Below, one piece after another: positions 18,956 through 29,201 of a DNA stretch of 64,000 nt. Both the position numbers and the translations under genes were made by a program. Origin of the DNA: Cenarchaeum sp. (GTDB taxonomy: Archaea > Thermoproteota > Nitrososphaeria > Nitrososphaerales > Nitrosopumilaceae); NCBI GenBank assembly GCA_965206845.1, contig OZ242221.1, positions 928,001 through 992,000 of the forward strand, given 5' to 3'. The notes under the pieces were generated by a model. The model did not search any database and was not told the origin of the DNA. It saw only the letters and a list, made by a program, of their open reading frames with translations. Positions within the stretch are counted from its first letter, which is position 1. Every line of letters starts with the position of its first letter.

Positions 18956-20701
18956 ATGGCTGAAGACGACGTAATTGGAACCGTGGCGCAGCAGGCAAGC
19001 GAGTTTGCCGGCCTCTGGCAGCTGGTTACCGCCTCTGAGTCGCTTCAGGTGGCTCTTGGCGCACTGATATTGGGGCTGTTGGGAATCGCCGTGGCGTACA
19101 GAAAGTTTTCGAAGCGGCTCAAATCGCGCAAGATCAGCTATGCCCGCCCGCACCTCTCCAAGTTCATCATGGTTCTGGTGATGCCCCTCTTTGCAATCGC
19201 CCTGTTCTCATCCATCAACGCCTACATTCAGTTCTTTGAGCTCTTCAGCACTGCGGCGCTCGGGACAGGGGCGGACGCGGCGGCCACAGAAACCTTTGCA
19301 AGGATACTCAACAGCGTGAACGTGCTGGTAGTAGGGTATACCGTGGCCCAGCTGATTCCCATCATACTCAACAAGAGAACAAAGTCGATACTAGAGCAGG
19401 AGGACTTTGCCAGCTGGCGGGGTCTGCGGGGGTTCAGGGACGACGACGGGGATCTCTTTCACCGGCTGTTCAGGTGGAACCCCCCGGCGCACGCCCCATC
19501 AGAGATCGCCGCAGAGGAGTTTGCCGAAAAACTGAAGACCGAGGAGGGAAGAAGATCCCTAGAAGCGTTTCACACCTCAAAAGGGCTCCAGATCGGAAGC
19601 TACACAAAACTTACAGACGATCCCTTTGAGGAATGGAAGAAGTCAGAGAGGGTCAAGTACAACAGGTATCTTGAGGACTGCCTCTCGGACAACAACGAGT
19701 CAGGCCGCAAGCTGAAGATGGGCCAGGATCCGGAAGAGATCTATCCGATAGACACCTGGCGCGAGGAGAAGCGCATTGGCGGTTTTGGGCCGATCGTGGC
19801 GGCCTACAGGCCACCAGGCTATGCGTTCAAGATACGCAAGGATCTGCCCAAGTCGATCGGCCAGATACTTCCCATAGCGATCTTTGCGGCGGTCATTCTT
19901 GGCGTGGTGAGCTCGTGGGGGGTGGATCTGTTCGTGCTGGCCACGGCCACCGGAGGCTTTGCCATTGGGCTGGGCTTGGCGCTACAGGAGACCATGCAGA
20001 ACTGGTTTGCGTACATCATGATCAGAAAGGACAAGATCGTCGGCGAGGGTGACCGGATTCAGCTAGAGAGCGGGTATAACGGCTACGTCCACAAGATCAC
20101 CGCCAGGGTCACGTACATACGCCACGGCCTCAACGAGTCCTTTGCCATAATTCCCACACGGCAGCTGGTCAGCGCCCAGATCATCAACTACACCAAGGAG
20201 TTGAGAATGGTGCCGGCAGTTGTGGACGTCGGGGTATCGTACCTGAACAACCCCCGGGGGGTTGCGGCGATACTGGTCAAAGTCGGCAGGCGGGCCATGA
20301 AGGAGGCAATCGACTACAAGGGGAGGCACCTCGTAGTGCAGAGAAGGTGTCCGTACCTGGATGAGAACAAGCCCAGCTGCGGCTGTGACAAGGGCATAGT
20401 GGTGGATATCGACCACCCGGTGGTGAGATTCAACGCGTTCAACGACTCGTCACTGGACTTTTCGGTGTGGGTGTTCGTCCGCGACTTTGGCTCCCAGTTC
20501 AAGGTCAAGACTGACCTGCGCATGATAATGTACGAGGAGTTCAAAAAGTACGACATCAGGATACCCTGGCCCATCAGGACCATATACCAGGGCGACGAGA
20601 ATCGTGAGGCCGAGGAGATCGCCCGCCTCAAGGACGAGCGCACGCAGGTAAGGGATGAGTATGGCTACGGAGACATAGGCAAGGGAGGAGACGACGAGTA
20701 G
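18956..20701 (+). CDS. mscS: Small-conductance mechanosensitive channel (MscS family), large form
   Basis: N-terminal TMs, GLGLALQETMQN, GDRIQL, VDVGVSY, IRIPWPIR. Confidence 0.9.
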   Translation: MAEDDVIGTVAQQASEFAGLWQLVTASESLQVALGALILGLLGIAVAYRKFSKRLKSRKISYARPHLSKFIMVLVMPLFAIALFSSINAYIQFFELFSTAALGTGADAAATETFARILNSVNVLVVGYTVAQLIPIILNKRTKSILEQEDFASWRGLRGFRDDDGDLFHRLFRWNPPAHAPSEIAAEEFAEKLKTEEGRRSLEAFHTSKGLQIGSYTKLTDDPFEEWKKSERVKYNRYLEDCLSDNNESGRKLKMGQDPEEIYPIDTWREEKRIGGFGPIVAAYRPPGYAFKIRKDLPKSIGQILPIAIFAAVILGVVSSWGVDLFVLATATGGFAIGLGLALQETMQNWFAYIMIRKDKIVGEGDRIQLESGYNGYVHKITARVTYIRHGLNESFAIIPTRQLVSAQIINYTKELRMVPAVVDVGVSYLNNPRGVAAILVKVGRRAMKEAIDYKGRHLVVQRRCPYLDENKPSCGCDKGIVVDIDHPVVRFNAFNDSSLDFSVWVFVRDFGSQFKVKTDLRMIMYEEFKKYDIRIPWPIRTIYQGDENREAEEIARLKDERTQVRDEYGYGDIGKGGDDE

Positions 20702-20766
20702 GTGCGCCTGTGCCGCATCGCCGCCGATTCTCAAAATTTAAGAGTGTCCTCATAACCGTTGTAACA

Positions 20767-21651
20767 TTGGACGGCGTGACAGTTGTTGCCGGAGACGCAT
20801 CGGCCGGCTTGGCAGAAAGCCTGGCGACGGGACTCGGCGCACCGCTCATCAGGGCCGGCCTGAGAACATTTCCCGACGGTGAGGGCAAGATCACCTTTGG
20901 CGCAACGCCGGAGAGCGGAAGGGCGGTGGTGGTACAGTCCCTGTGCCCGCCCGTTGACTCGAATTTGGTCCAGGCGCTGCTCATGATTGCAAAGGCCAGG
21001 GAGTTCTCCTCTGATGTTACGGCCGTAATCCCATACATGGGATACGCCAGGCAGGACAGGGAGTTTCTTCCCGGAGAGGCAGTGGCAATCCAAACCATCG
21101 CAAGGCTCTTCAGGGCAGTCGATGCATCAAGGCTGATCGTGGTGGACATCCACAGCAAGACCGCCTTGGATCACTTCGGGGCCGGTGCCAGAAACGTCAC
21201 TGCCATACCCGAGCTGGCAAGGCACTTTGAGGAGATGAGCCTGAAGGACCCCTTGGTGGTATCACCTGATGCCGGGGGCGCCGCCAGGGCAGAGGGGTTT
21301 GCCGGACTGTGCGGCCATGATTTTATCGCGCTTGAAAAAAAACGGGACAAGAACACCGGCAGCGTCAGCGTATCTGTTCCGGTTCCCGACATAATCCAAG
21401 ATAGGGATGTGATACTGGTGGACGACATGATAAGCACCGGGGGCAGCATAGCCAAGGCGGCAGAACTCCTCCGGGGGCGCGGGTGCCGGAGAATCTTTGC
21501 GGCGTGCACCCATGCGCTGCTGGTGGGCGATGCCCGGCAGCGGATAATGGATGCGGGCGTCTCTGAAATTGTCGGCACCAACACGGTTCCCGGCCCTGCC
21601 GACGTGGTGGACGTATCCGGGGCGATCATAAAAGGGATGGCGCATTGCTAG
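20767..21651 (+). CDS. prs: Ribose-phosphate pyrophosphokinase
   Basis: FPDGE, PYMGYARQD, VSPDAGG, VDDMISTGGS; TTG start inferred. Confidence 0.95.
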   Translation: MDGVTVVAGDASAGLAESLATGLGAPLIRAGLRTFPDGEGKITFGATPESGRAVVVQSLCPPVDSNLVQALLMIAKAREFSSDVTAVIPYMGYARQDREFLPGEAVAIQTIARLFRAVDASRLIVVDIHSKTALDHFGAGARNVTAIPELARHFEEMSLKDPLVVSPDAGGAARAEGFAGLCGHDFIALEKKRDKNTGSVSVSVPVPDIIQDRDVILVDDMISTGGSIAKAAELLRGRGCRRIFAACTHALLVGDARQRIMDAGVSEIVGTNTVPGPADVVDVSGAIIKGMAHC

Positions 21652-21669
21652 GTTCGGCCTTGTAGAGGT

Positions 21670-22578
21670 GTGACGGAGACGAGACTCATATTCCTGGGAA
21701 CTTCGGCTGCCCTGCCCACTCGGGGGCGCGGACTGTCGTGTGTCTGCCTTGAAAGGGAGGGCGAGGTGCTGATGTTTGACGCCGGCGAGGGGGCGCAGAT
21801 GGCATACCTGCGATCCGGCCTGGGCTGGAACAAGCCCATGAAGATCTTTGTGACGCACCTGCACGGCGACCACTGCATCGGCATACTGGGACTGCTGCAG
21901 ACCATGTCTCTAAAGAAGCGGAGCCGGGGGCTGGAGATATACGGCCCCGCCGGCATAGACGAGTTTCTGGCCGCAAACATCCGTATACTGAACTTTGGGG
22001 TGTCGTTTCCCGTAATCATCAATCCCGTCAGCGACGGCGTTGTGGCAGACGAGACATCCTACGTGGTATCTGCGTGCAGGGCGGCCCACTCTGTCGAGGC
22101 GTACTCGTACGTCTTTGAGGAGCGACAGAGGCCGGGAAGATTTAACCGCGAACGGGCAGAGGAACTCCAGGTGCCCCGGGGGGAGCTGTGGGGACGGCTG
22201 CAGGCCGGGCAGCATGTTACGGTGGACGGCCGTGTTGTAAAGCCCGGGGACGTCCTCGGGCCGTCTCGGCGCGGCAAAAAGATCGGAGTCTCCGGCGATA
22301 CCAGACCCACCGGCCCCCTGCAGGAGTTCTTTCAGGGATGCGACTACCTGGTCTTTGACTCCACCTTTATGGATGATATGGGGGACAAGGCGCTAAAGAC
22401 GTTTCACTCCACGGCCAGAGAGGCGGCCACCCTGGCAAGGGATGCGGGCGTGTCCAACCTGGTTCTGACACACTTCTCGGCAAGGTACGACGACGCGCAG
22501 GCGCTAGTTGATGAGGCGGGTGCGGTCCACGGCTCGGTGGTCGCCGCCGAGGATCTTCTGGAGATCGAGATAGAGTAG
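21670..22578 (+). CDS. rnz: Ribonuclease Z
   Basis: [34 protein letters not shown]. Confidence 0.96.
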   Translation: MTETRLIFLGTSAALPTRGRGLSCVCLEREGEVLMFDAGEGAQMAYLRSGLGWNKPMKIFVTHLHGDHCIGILGLLQTMSLKKRSRGLEIYGPAGIDEFLAANIRILNFGVSFPVIINPVSDGVVADETSYVVSACRAAHSVEAYSYVFEERQRPGRFNRERAEELQVPRGELWGRLQAGQHVTVDGRVVKPGDVLGPSRRGKKIGVSGDTRPTGPLQEFFQGCDYLVFDSTFMDDMGDKALKTFHSTAREAATLARDAGVSNLVLTHFSARYDDAQALVDEAGAVHGSVVAAEDLLEIEIE

Positions 22579-22680
22579 ACTGGCCCGCATCCGGGTGCCC
22601 GAACACGGACATGGGTATCATCTTGCGCACACAAGATTAATTCCCCAAGCTTACATGTGGCAGGGATCCGGAAGGCGCGC

Positions 22681-22986
22681 CTAGCTGTCCGGCGCGGCAT
22701 CGCCGCTGGCATCTCCAGAGAGCGCATCCTGTATGGGGTCAATCAGCCACTCCTGCACCCCAATGTCCTCCACAAACGCCGCCGTATCCTCCTGCAGGAC
22801 GACTGCCCTCTCATCGACCGTATCAAGCGAGGTTACTATCCCGTCTTCCATCTGGCTCGCAACGTCTGCGATCTCCTGCCTGTCATCAATATCCTCCACG
22901 CTGATACCCGCTATCACGTCTGTGAGCGGAAAGAAGACGAACGCGCCTACAACCAACACCACACCTATAATTATCCAACGGAGCAT
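22681..22986 (-). CDS. Hypothetical protein (N-terminal TM, acidic)
   Basis: Single N-terminal hydrophobic helix followed by an acidic region. Confidence 0.6.
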   Translation of the reverse strand: MLRWIIIGVVLVVGAFVFFPLTDVIAGISVEDIDDRQEIADVASQMEDGIVTSLDTVDERAVVLQEDTAAFVEDIGVQEWLIDPIQDALSGDASGDAAPDS

Positions 22987-23139
22987 CTTTTCATCCCCAA
23001 TTCGGCAACTTTCTTTTTTACTCTAGAGCTAAAATTTTTGGTCAAACTTGCTTGATTTTTGTTGAGCTGGTTCCACTTGGGGATGTGGCGGCCCTTTGCG
23101 CATACGCCACCGGTCTTTCGGGCCTGCCAAGTCCGGAGG

Positions 23140-23547
23140 CTACGGCGCGGCCGGGTCAGAGGCCAGCCACCGGATTACCTCTTCAATGTCAGGCGACTGT
23201 ATCGTGACCTTGATCGGGCCCAGCGGAGACTCGTCGACGCCAGAACAGAGCGCTATCGTGCCGGCACAGGCCGCCTGCTTGTTGAGATAGAGCCAGGTCG
23301 AGTCGCCGTGCAGGTTTGATTCAAGGTGCCTCCTGTACAGCTTGTGGCTTCGCCGGGAGTTTGTGGCATCCCGTATCTTCTGCAGGATCTCGAGCCCGTC
23401 GGATCTGAATCCGGCGCCGTCCGGGCCAGCCGTGACCGTGACACCCTCAAAGATCTGCGATACCGCGCGCACCACCTTCTGCGGATCCTCTGACGGGTAC
23501 ACCGGGCAGTGGCAGGACACCACACAGCTACACTCTGGCATCCTCAT
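23140..23547 (-). CDS. DUF54 / UPF0201 putative RNA-binding protein
   Basis: VYPSEDPQKV, LNKQAA..G.IALC, ESPLGPI motifs. Confidence 0.85.
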   Translation of the reverse strand: MRMPECSCVVSCHCPVYPSEDPQKVVRAVSQIFEGVTVTAGPDGAGFRSDGLEILQKIRDATNSRRSHKLYRRHLESNLHGDSTWLYLNKQAACAGTIALCSGVDESPLGPIKVTIQSPDIEEVIRWLASDPAAP

Positions 23548-24097
23548 CCCGTCTCACCCAGCGTAAAATTATGCCGTGAACCATCTCGACCAGCCCGTCG
23601 ACGCTCATGTTGTTGTTTGAGACGGTCTCGTCTGCCAGCGCAATGGAAGTGCTGATGCCTACCCCCAGCTCCCTGTCGTCCCTATTCTGAAAGCCCGCAC
23701 GAGTCTTGGGATCGTCTGCTCTTCTGCGCCTGGTAAGAAAGCCAAAGCGGGTGTCTGTGGACGCGTGAACCGAGAGAATCCTGACGTTGCCAAGCCTCCG
23801 GAGCACCTCGATCTCGGCGTTGGATCGAATTCCATCCACTATGACTGTATCTGTTCCGGCCTTCCGGATCTGGGGCGCTATCAGCATGGCCACCGCTCCA
23901 GGCCCGTCCCTCTCCCGGAGCTCTAGCATGAGCGATCCCAGATTCTCTCCCGTCGGCTCCAGGTTCCGCCTTCTGGCCTCTGCCCTTACGGCGTTGCCCA
24001 TGTTTGCCACCTCATAACCGCGGGCCTGCAGCCCGTCTGCAATCGTAGACTTGCCCGCCCCAGGCATCCCGGTAAGGCAGACGATCAGTTTTGGCAA
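23528..24097 (-). CDS. UPF0200 nucleotide kinase-like P-loop protein
   Basis: TGMPGAGKST, VDGIRS..E, RDDRELGVGI. Confidence 0.85.
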   Translation of the reverse strand: MPKLIVCLTGMPGAGKSTIADGLQARGYEVANMGNAVRAEARRRNLEPTGENLGSLMLELRERDGPGAVAMLIAPQIRKAGTDTVIVDGIRSNAEIEVLRRLGNVRILSVHASTDTRFGFLTRRRRADDPKTRAGFQNRDDRELGVGISTSIALADETVSNNNMSVDGLVEMVHGIILRWVRRDEDARV

Positions 24098-24151
24098 GTT
24101 GACTAGTGCGCTAACCGTAAATCATTATAAACATATACCCTTAGGCATTTC

Positions 24152-24685
24152 ATGCGCGCCTTTGTAGCGGTGGAGGTGTCCGATCCGGACATCCGGGACG
24201 CCATCGCTGAGTTCCAGGACGGGTTTCCTGTCCGAGCCAGGGCCATCGGGCCCGACAGCCTGCACTTTACGCTGATATTCTTGGGGGAGATCTCAGAGTC
24301 GCAGAACCGGCAGGTGCAGGACTCGCTGGGCACGATAGCCTTCGAGCCCTTTGAGATCAAGCTTGCTGGCGTGGGCGCGTTCCCAAACACACGATCCCCC
24401 AGAATCATCTGGATCGGCACCGACCCCATAGGGGGCCGCAGACTGACATCCCTTGCGGGAGCAGTCTGCGACAGGCTGCTGCCCCTGAACTTTCGCAATG
24501 ACAGGCCGTTTGTGCCGCATGTTACCGTCTTCAGGGTCAGGAACCGGGTCGACGTCTCGGAGGATCTGGCCGGGTACGGCGATGCCGGGTTTGGGGCCTG
24601 CATAATAAGCGAGATAAAGCTCAAGCAGAGCGTGCTGACCCCCCAAGGCCCCCGATACTCGGATCTGCAGGTGATAAGTGCATGA
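24152..24685 (+). CDS. thpR: RNA 2',3'-cyclic phosphodiesterase
   Basis: MRAFVAV; two HxT motifs (HFTL, HVTV). Confidence 0.93.
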   Translation: MRAFVAVEVSDPDIRDAIAEFQDGFPVRARAIGPDSLHFTLIFLGEISESQNRQVQDSLGTIAFEPFEIKLAGVGAFPNTRSPRIIWIGTDPIGGRRLTSLAGAVCDRLLPLNFRNDRPFVPHVTVFRVRNRVDVSEDLAGYGDAGFGACIISEIKLKQSVLTPQGPRYSDLQVISA

Positions 24686-26022
24686 GTGTCGAGTCGATCA
24701 TAGCGCGGGCCCGCAGGATCGTCGAGCCGTCTGCCGCCAGCCAAGACGAGAAGGAAAAGATCGCCGGGCTGGCCCTTGATCTGATAAACAGAGAGACCGC
24801 GAGGTACCCGGAGATACAGGAGGTTGCGCTAGGGGGCTCGCTCTCAAAGGGCACATGGCTGTCTGAGATGGCAGATGTAGACATACTTGTCAAGTTCGAC
24901 AGGTCCACTCCCAGAGACAGGTTCACAGATGCCGCGCACGATGTGGGTTTTGCGGCCTTGGACGAGTTCGGACCGTACGTGAGATACTCCGAGCACCCCT
25001 TCGTCGAGGCCGTCATACGGGGCACGAAGATAAACGTCGTCCCGTGCTTTGACGTGCAGGAGGGCCAGTGGCAGAGCGCCGCAGACAGGACCCCGTTCCA
25101 CACCAGGTTCATGCAGGATCGACTCTCAGAGCCCATGAAGTGCGAGATCAGGCTGCTGAAGCAGTTCCTCAGGTGCAACGGACTGTACGGCTCTGAAATC
25201 TCCAAGCAGGGCTTCAGCGGCTACGTGACCGAGGTGCTGGTGCTGCACTTTGGCAGCTTTGAGGGCGTCATAAGGGGGTTTGCCGGTGCCTGCCCCGGCT
25301 GGACAGTCGGGAAGACGCCCAAAAAATTTGACACACCCGTTGTGATCATCGACCCTGTTGATCCACAGAGAAACCTGGCGGCCGCCATATCCAACGGGAA
25401 CATGGGCAGGTTCGTCCTGCTGTGCAGGGCATTCTTGAGGGGCCCCTCGGCATCCTTCTTTGAGGCGACCAAAAGGAGGACGGATGTGGAGATACTCAAG
25501 AACTGCATCACGATCAGGTTCCGGTACAGGGCACGGAGCCCGGACATGATCTGGGGCCAGATCAAGAGGGCATCAAACGCGGTTGCCGTCCAGCTTGACC
25601 AGGGCGGATTCAACGTGATCAGAAGCGGCGCGCTGACTGACGAGCAGGGTCTGGGGGTTCTCTTCTTCCTCCTCGAGTCGTTGCAGCTCCCGGGGTACCG
25701 CGTAAGGGAGGGCCCGGAGTTCTTCTGCGACTCGGATGTGGGCAGGTTCGTCTCGAAGAATGCGGCGCGCTCCAAGCTGATGTGGCTTGCCGAGAACAGG
25801 CGGGTCTGCTCGCTTGAGCGTCGCGCGGGGGGCAACGCAAAAAACTTCCTGAGGCGACTGCTTACCGGCGGCCTTGGAAAGTCCGGCGTGCCTGAGGGCC
25901 TCCAGAGGGACGTCGCGGACGGGTTTGAGATATCTGTCGGCGGGATCCGGCTGCCAAAACCAATTAAAGCGTCACTGATGGAGTCCCTGTCAACTGATGC
26001 TGCGATATTTTGTTCCCGTTGA
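24682..26022 (+). CDS. cca: CCA-adding enzyme (archaeal class I)
   Basis: GGSLSKGTWL...DVDI, YSEHPFV, ADRTPFHT, GFSGYVTE, DPVDPQRNLAAA. Confidence 0.95.
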   Translation: MSVESIIARARRIVEPSAASQDEKEKIAGLALDLINRETARYPEIQEVALGGSLSKGTWLSEMADVDILVKFDRSTPRDRFTDAAHDVGFAALDEFGPYVRYSEHPFVEAVIRGTKINVVPCFDVQEGQWQSAADRTPFHTRFMQDRLSEPMKCEIRLLKQFLRCNGLYGSEISKQGFSGYVTEVLVLHFGSFEGVIRGFAGACPGWTVGKTPKKFDTPVVIIDPVDPQRNLAAAISNGNMGRFVLLCRAFLRGPSASFFEATKRRTDVEILKNCITIRFRYRARSPDMIWGQIKRASNAVAVQLDQGGFNVIRSGALTDEQGLGVLFFLLESLQLPGYRVREGPEFFCDSDVGRFVSKNAARSKLMWLAENRRVCSLERRAGGNAKNFLRRLLTGGLGKSGVPEGLQRDVADGFEISVGGIRLPKPIKASLMESLSTDAAIFCSR

Positions 26023-26761
26023 TGGCCTGTCCGAGGAGCCGTACTCGGGAATTCTCGGATACCCCCGGGCCGCCAAAAGGCAGATCGCATCCAGGATCCG
26101 CGAGCTGAAGCGGCTGGGCATCTCCGGCGTCTCCTTTGAGGGGGGCACCCGGGTAGGAAGGGTGTCCATCTTGGGAAAGGGCTACGTGGGGCTGGTGGTG
26201 CTGGCAGAGACCGCACCAGGCGACGCGGTGGCGCTGAAGATCAGGCGCCTCGACTCCCAGAGGGACGGGCTGCAGGAGGAGGCCAGGCTGCTGAGGGAGG
26301 CAAACCGTGCGGGCGTCGGACCCTCCCTGCATTCTGGCAGCCGGGACTTTTTGGTCATGGAGTTTCTGGACGGTGAGAGGATAGGCCGGTGGGTGCAGAA
26401 CCTCTCGGGCAGGGGGGTCGTTGCGGCGCTCAAGCGGACGGCGCGCCAGGTATTGGAGGACTGCTTCAGGCTGGATCAGGCGGGCCTGGACCACGGCGAG
26501 CTGAGCAGCCTCCTCAAGCACGTGATTGTGGCGGGAACCAGAGCCACCATGATAGATTTTGAGAGCGCAAGCATGCACAGACGCGTATCAAACGTGACCT
26601 CGGCGACACAGGGGATCTTTATCGGCTCTGCGATATCAAAGAGTGCGCGCAGGCTATACCGGGTGCCGCCACAGGAAGAGATCATCGCAGGACTGCGCAG
26701 ATACAAGCAGCAACCCACAAGAAAGAGTTTTGATGCCCTGCTCTCCATCCTGAAGCTATGA
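25997..26761 (+). CDS. RIO-like Ser/Thr protein kinase
   Basis: LGKGYVGLV, ALKIRR, LDHGELS, IDFESAS. Confidence 0.88.
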   Translation: MLRYFVPVDGLSEEPYSGILGYPRAAKRQIASRIRELKRLGISGVSFEGGTRVGRVSILGKGYVGLVVLAETAPGDAVALKIRRLDSQRDGLQEEARLLREANRAGVGPSLHSGSRDFLVMEFLDGERIGRWVQNLSGRGVVAALKRTARQVLEDCFRLDQAGLDHGELSSLLKHVIVAGTRATMIDFESASMHRRVSNVTSATQGIFIGSAISKSARRLYRVPPQEEIIAGLRRYKQQPTRKSFDALLSILKL

Positions 26762-27357
26762 CGCATCAGGAGGCAATCAGGCACCTGAAGGGAGATCCCA
26801 CGCTGGCAGGGATAATAGACCGGGTCGGCGCATACAGCCTGAAGACAAGGCCAAACAGATTCCGCGCCCTGGTGGAGGCGATAGTGTCCCAGCAGCTCTC
26901 GGGGCGTGTGGCAGACGGGATTCTAAGGAACATGCGCGGCATCTACTCGGGAAGGTTTCCCAGCCCGCGCCAGGTCATCGCAACCCCAGACTCGAGGCTC
27001 CGGGAGGCAGGGCTCTCGGGAATGAAGATCGGCTACATCCGGGACATCTCCGGCCGGATCGAGTCGGGGGATCTCAGGATGCGATCCCTCTCCAGAATGT
27101 CTGACGAGCGGGTCATCGACAAGCTTACAGGCATCAAGGGAGTCGGGGTGTGGACCGCGCAGATGTTTCTGATCTTCTCGCTGGGCAGGCAGGACGTGCT
27201 GCCTACAGGGGATCTGGGCATAAGGAAGAGGTTCCAGGCGCTGTACGGCATTACCGACGAAGCGGGGATGATAAGGCTGGCAGAGGGATGGAGGCCCTAC
27301 CGAACCGTGGCGGCATGGTACCTGTGGAAGAGCGCGCACTTTGAGAACATAGGGTAA
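26758..27357 (+). CDS. alkA: DNA-3-methyladenine glycosylase II (AlkA family)
   Basis: IVSQQLS, IKGVGVWTA (HhH), LPTGDLGI, WRPYRTVA. Confidence 0.9.
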   Translation: MTHQEAIRHLKGDPTLAGIIDRVGAYSLKTRPNRFRALVEAIVSQQLSGRVADGILRNMRGIYSGRFPSPRQVIATPDSRLREAGLSGMKIGYIRDISGRIESGDLRMRSLSRMSDERVIDKLTGIKGVGVWTAQMFLIFSLGRQDVLPTGDLGIRKRFQALYGITDEAGMIRLAEGWRPYRTVAAWYLWKSAHFENIG

Positions 27358-27405
27358 CGGCCCCGCCGGACAACCCAAGATTCATTTAGAATATTTCACC
27401 CGGGT

Positions 27406-28461
27406 ATGTCGTACATGGCAGACGCGCAGCCGATAAGGACCATCCAGTGGAGGGACAACAGGGTGGTGATGATAGACCAGACAAAGCTCCCGACCAAGCT
27501 TGCGTTCGTCGAGTATGACGACTACAACCAGGTGGCAGATGCCATACGGAACTTGGTGATCCGTGGGGCGCCGGCCATAGGGGTGGCCGGAGCCTTTGGC
27601 CTGGCCCTGGCGGCGCTGCACAGCGATGCCGCAACCAAGGATCTGCTGGTTGAAGACATGCAGACTGCGCAGAGGACGCTCTTTGAGACAAGGCCCACGG
27701 CCATAAACCTCAAGTGGGGCCTGGATCACATAATGGCAGTAGCCAGACGGGGAACCGGCGTGGATGACACCCGCAGCTCCGTCTTGGACGCCGCAAAGCA
27801 GATGGCAGAGGACGACATCCGAATAAACAAGAGCATGGGGAGGCACGGCGCGGGACTATTCGGGGACGACACCATAATGACACACTGCAACGCTGGCGCC
27901 CTGGCGACCGTGGCATACGGTACCGCCCTGGGTGTCATCCGCGCCGCCAGGGAGTCAGGAAAGAAGATCAGGGTCATCGCTACTGAGACAAGGCCAGTGC
28001 AACAGGGCTCCAGGCTTACGGCATTCGAGCTCAAACACGATGGCATAGACGTCAGCCTGATCCCAGACACGGCGGTGGGCTACTCGATGGCAAACCACCT
28101 GGTGGACAAGGTCATAGTGGGAGCAGACCGCATACTGAGAACCGGCCACGTCTACAACAAGATTGGCACCTACCAGGTGGCCACCATGGCAAGACAGCAC
28201 GGTATACCGTTCTACGTGGCGGCGCCGCTCTCCACCTTTGACATGGAGAGCGATCCTGCCGACGTGGTCATAGAACAGAGGCGGCCAAGTGAGGTGACCG
28301 GGACGGGAGATAGGATGACCGCCCCCGAGGGCATAGACGTCATAAACCCCGCATTTGACATGACCCCGCCGGAGCTGGTCTCGGGCATCATAACCGAGAG
28401 GGGCGTGGTATCCCCACCCTACGAGCGATCCATCCGGGAGCTGTTCGGGCGCAAAAACTAA
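27406..28461 (+). CDS. mtnA: S-methyl-5-thioribose-1-phosphate isomerase
   Basis: IDQTKLP, RGAPAIG, RPTAINL, THCNAGALAT, ETRP, NKIGTY, NPAFD. Confidence 0.93.
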   Translation: MSYMADAQPIRTIQWRDNRVVMIDQTKLPTKLAFVEYDDYNQVADAIRNLVIRGAPAIGVAGAFGLALAALHSDAATKDLLVEDMQTAQRTLFETRPTAINLKWGLDHIMAVARRGTGVDDTRSSVLDAAKQMAEDDIRINKSMGRHGAGLFGDDTIMTHCNAGALATVAYGTALGVIRAARESGKKIRVIATETRPVQQGSRLTAFELKHDGIDVSLIPDTAVGYSMANHLVDKVIVGADRILRTGHVYNKIGTYQVATMARQHGIPFYVAAPLSTFDMESDPADVVIEQRRPSEVTGTGDRMTAPEGIDVINPAFDMTPPELVSGIITERGVVSPPYERSIRELFGRKN

Positions 28462-28488
28462 AAATTTTTATTGTTTTTTTTGTAGACT

Positions 28489-29127
28489 ATGGGTGTGGTA
28501 ACAACTAAAGCAGTGAGAGACTCCCTCAGGCAGTGCATGGATCCCGAGGTTCCAATCAATATAGTGGACATGGGGCTCATATACGGAATAGACGTGGCAG
28601 CCGACAACAACGTGAACATAAAGATGACCATGACAACCCAGAGCTGCCCCCTTCATGACACGATGGTGTCTGATGTGACCAGGTACGCAAAAAAGGTTCC
28701 CGGCGTGAACGCAGTCAATGTGGATGTAGTCTGGGATCCGCCATGGACCATGGACAAGATGTCAGATGCAGCCAAGGATACCCTGAAGCAGATGGGCGGC
28801 GGAATGGCCACGCCGGCCCCCGTGGACTACAAGACCGCAATGCCCCAGGGAGTGGGCAAGCTGGTCAAGCAGGAGGACGGCTCGATGGTGCTGACAAACG
28901 AGCACGAGCAGGGATTCATGGTAAACCAAGCCATCGTGGACTTTTGGAAGTCGTGCAACGGCAAGAGGAGGATCACAGAACTGGTGGACGTGTTTGCAGA
29001 GCGGACCGGCCTGCGGCGCAACCAGGTGGAGAAAGAGGTGATGCAGCTGGTTCAGCAGATGCGCGACGGCGGGCTTGTGGTGATATCCACCAACCATGAC
29101 GCGCCAAACGTAGAGTTCAGAAAGTAG
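28489..29127 (+). CDS. SufT/DUF59 Fe-S assembly domain fused to a PqqD-like domain
   Basis: DPEVPINIVDMGLIY, TTQSCP, WDPPWT; C-terminal helical PqqD-like region. Confidence 0.8.
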   Translation: MGVVTTKAVRDSLRQCMDPEVPINIVDMGLIYGIDVAADNNVNIKMTMTTQSCPLHDTMVSDVTRYAKKVPGVNAVNVDVVWDPPWTMDKMSDAAKDTLKQMGGGMATPAPVDYKTAMPQGVGKLVKQEDGSMVLTNEHEQGFMVNQAIVDFWKSCNGKRRITELVDVFAERTGLRRNQVEKEVMQLVQQMRDGGLVVISTNHDAPNVEFRK

Positions 29128-29201
29128 CAACGTAATTTTTCAGATTTTTGGTCGAACCAGGCCACAGCTCCAGCTCAAGATCCACCGCCGTGCGGCCGCC
29201 A

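Noticed and set aside
20146-20156. ataattccc motif resembling the TIR end (also gggaattat near 48159)
   Set aside because: Both lie inside intact CDSs and lack the rest of the 20-bp consensus.
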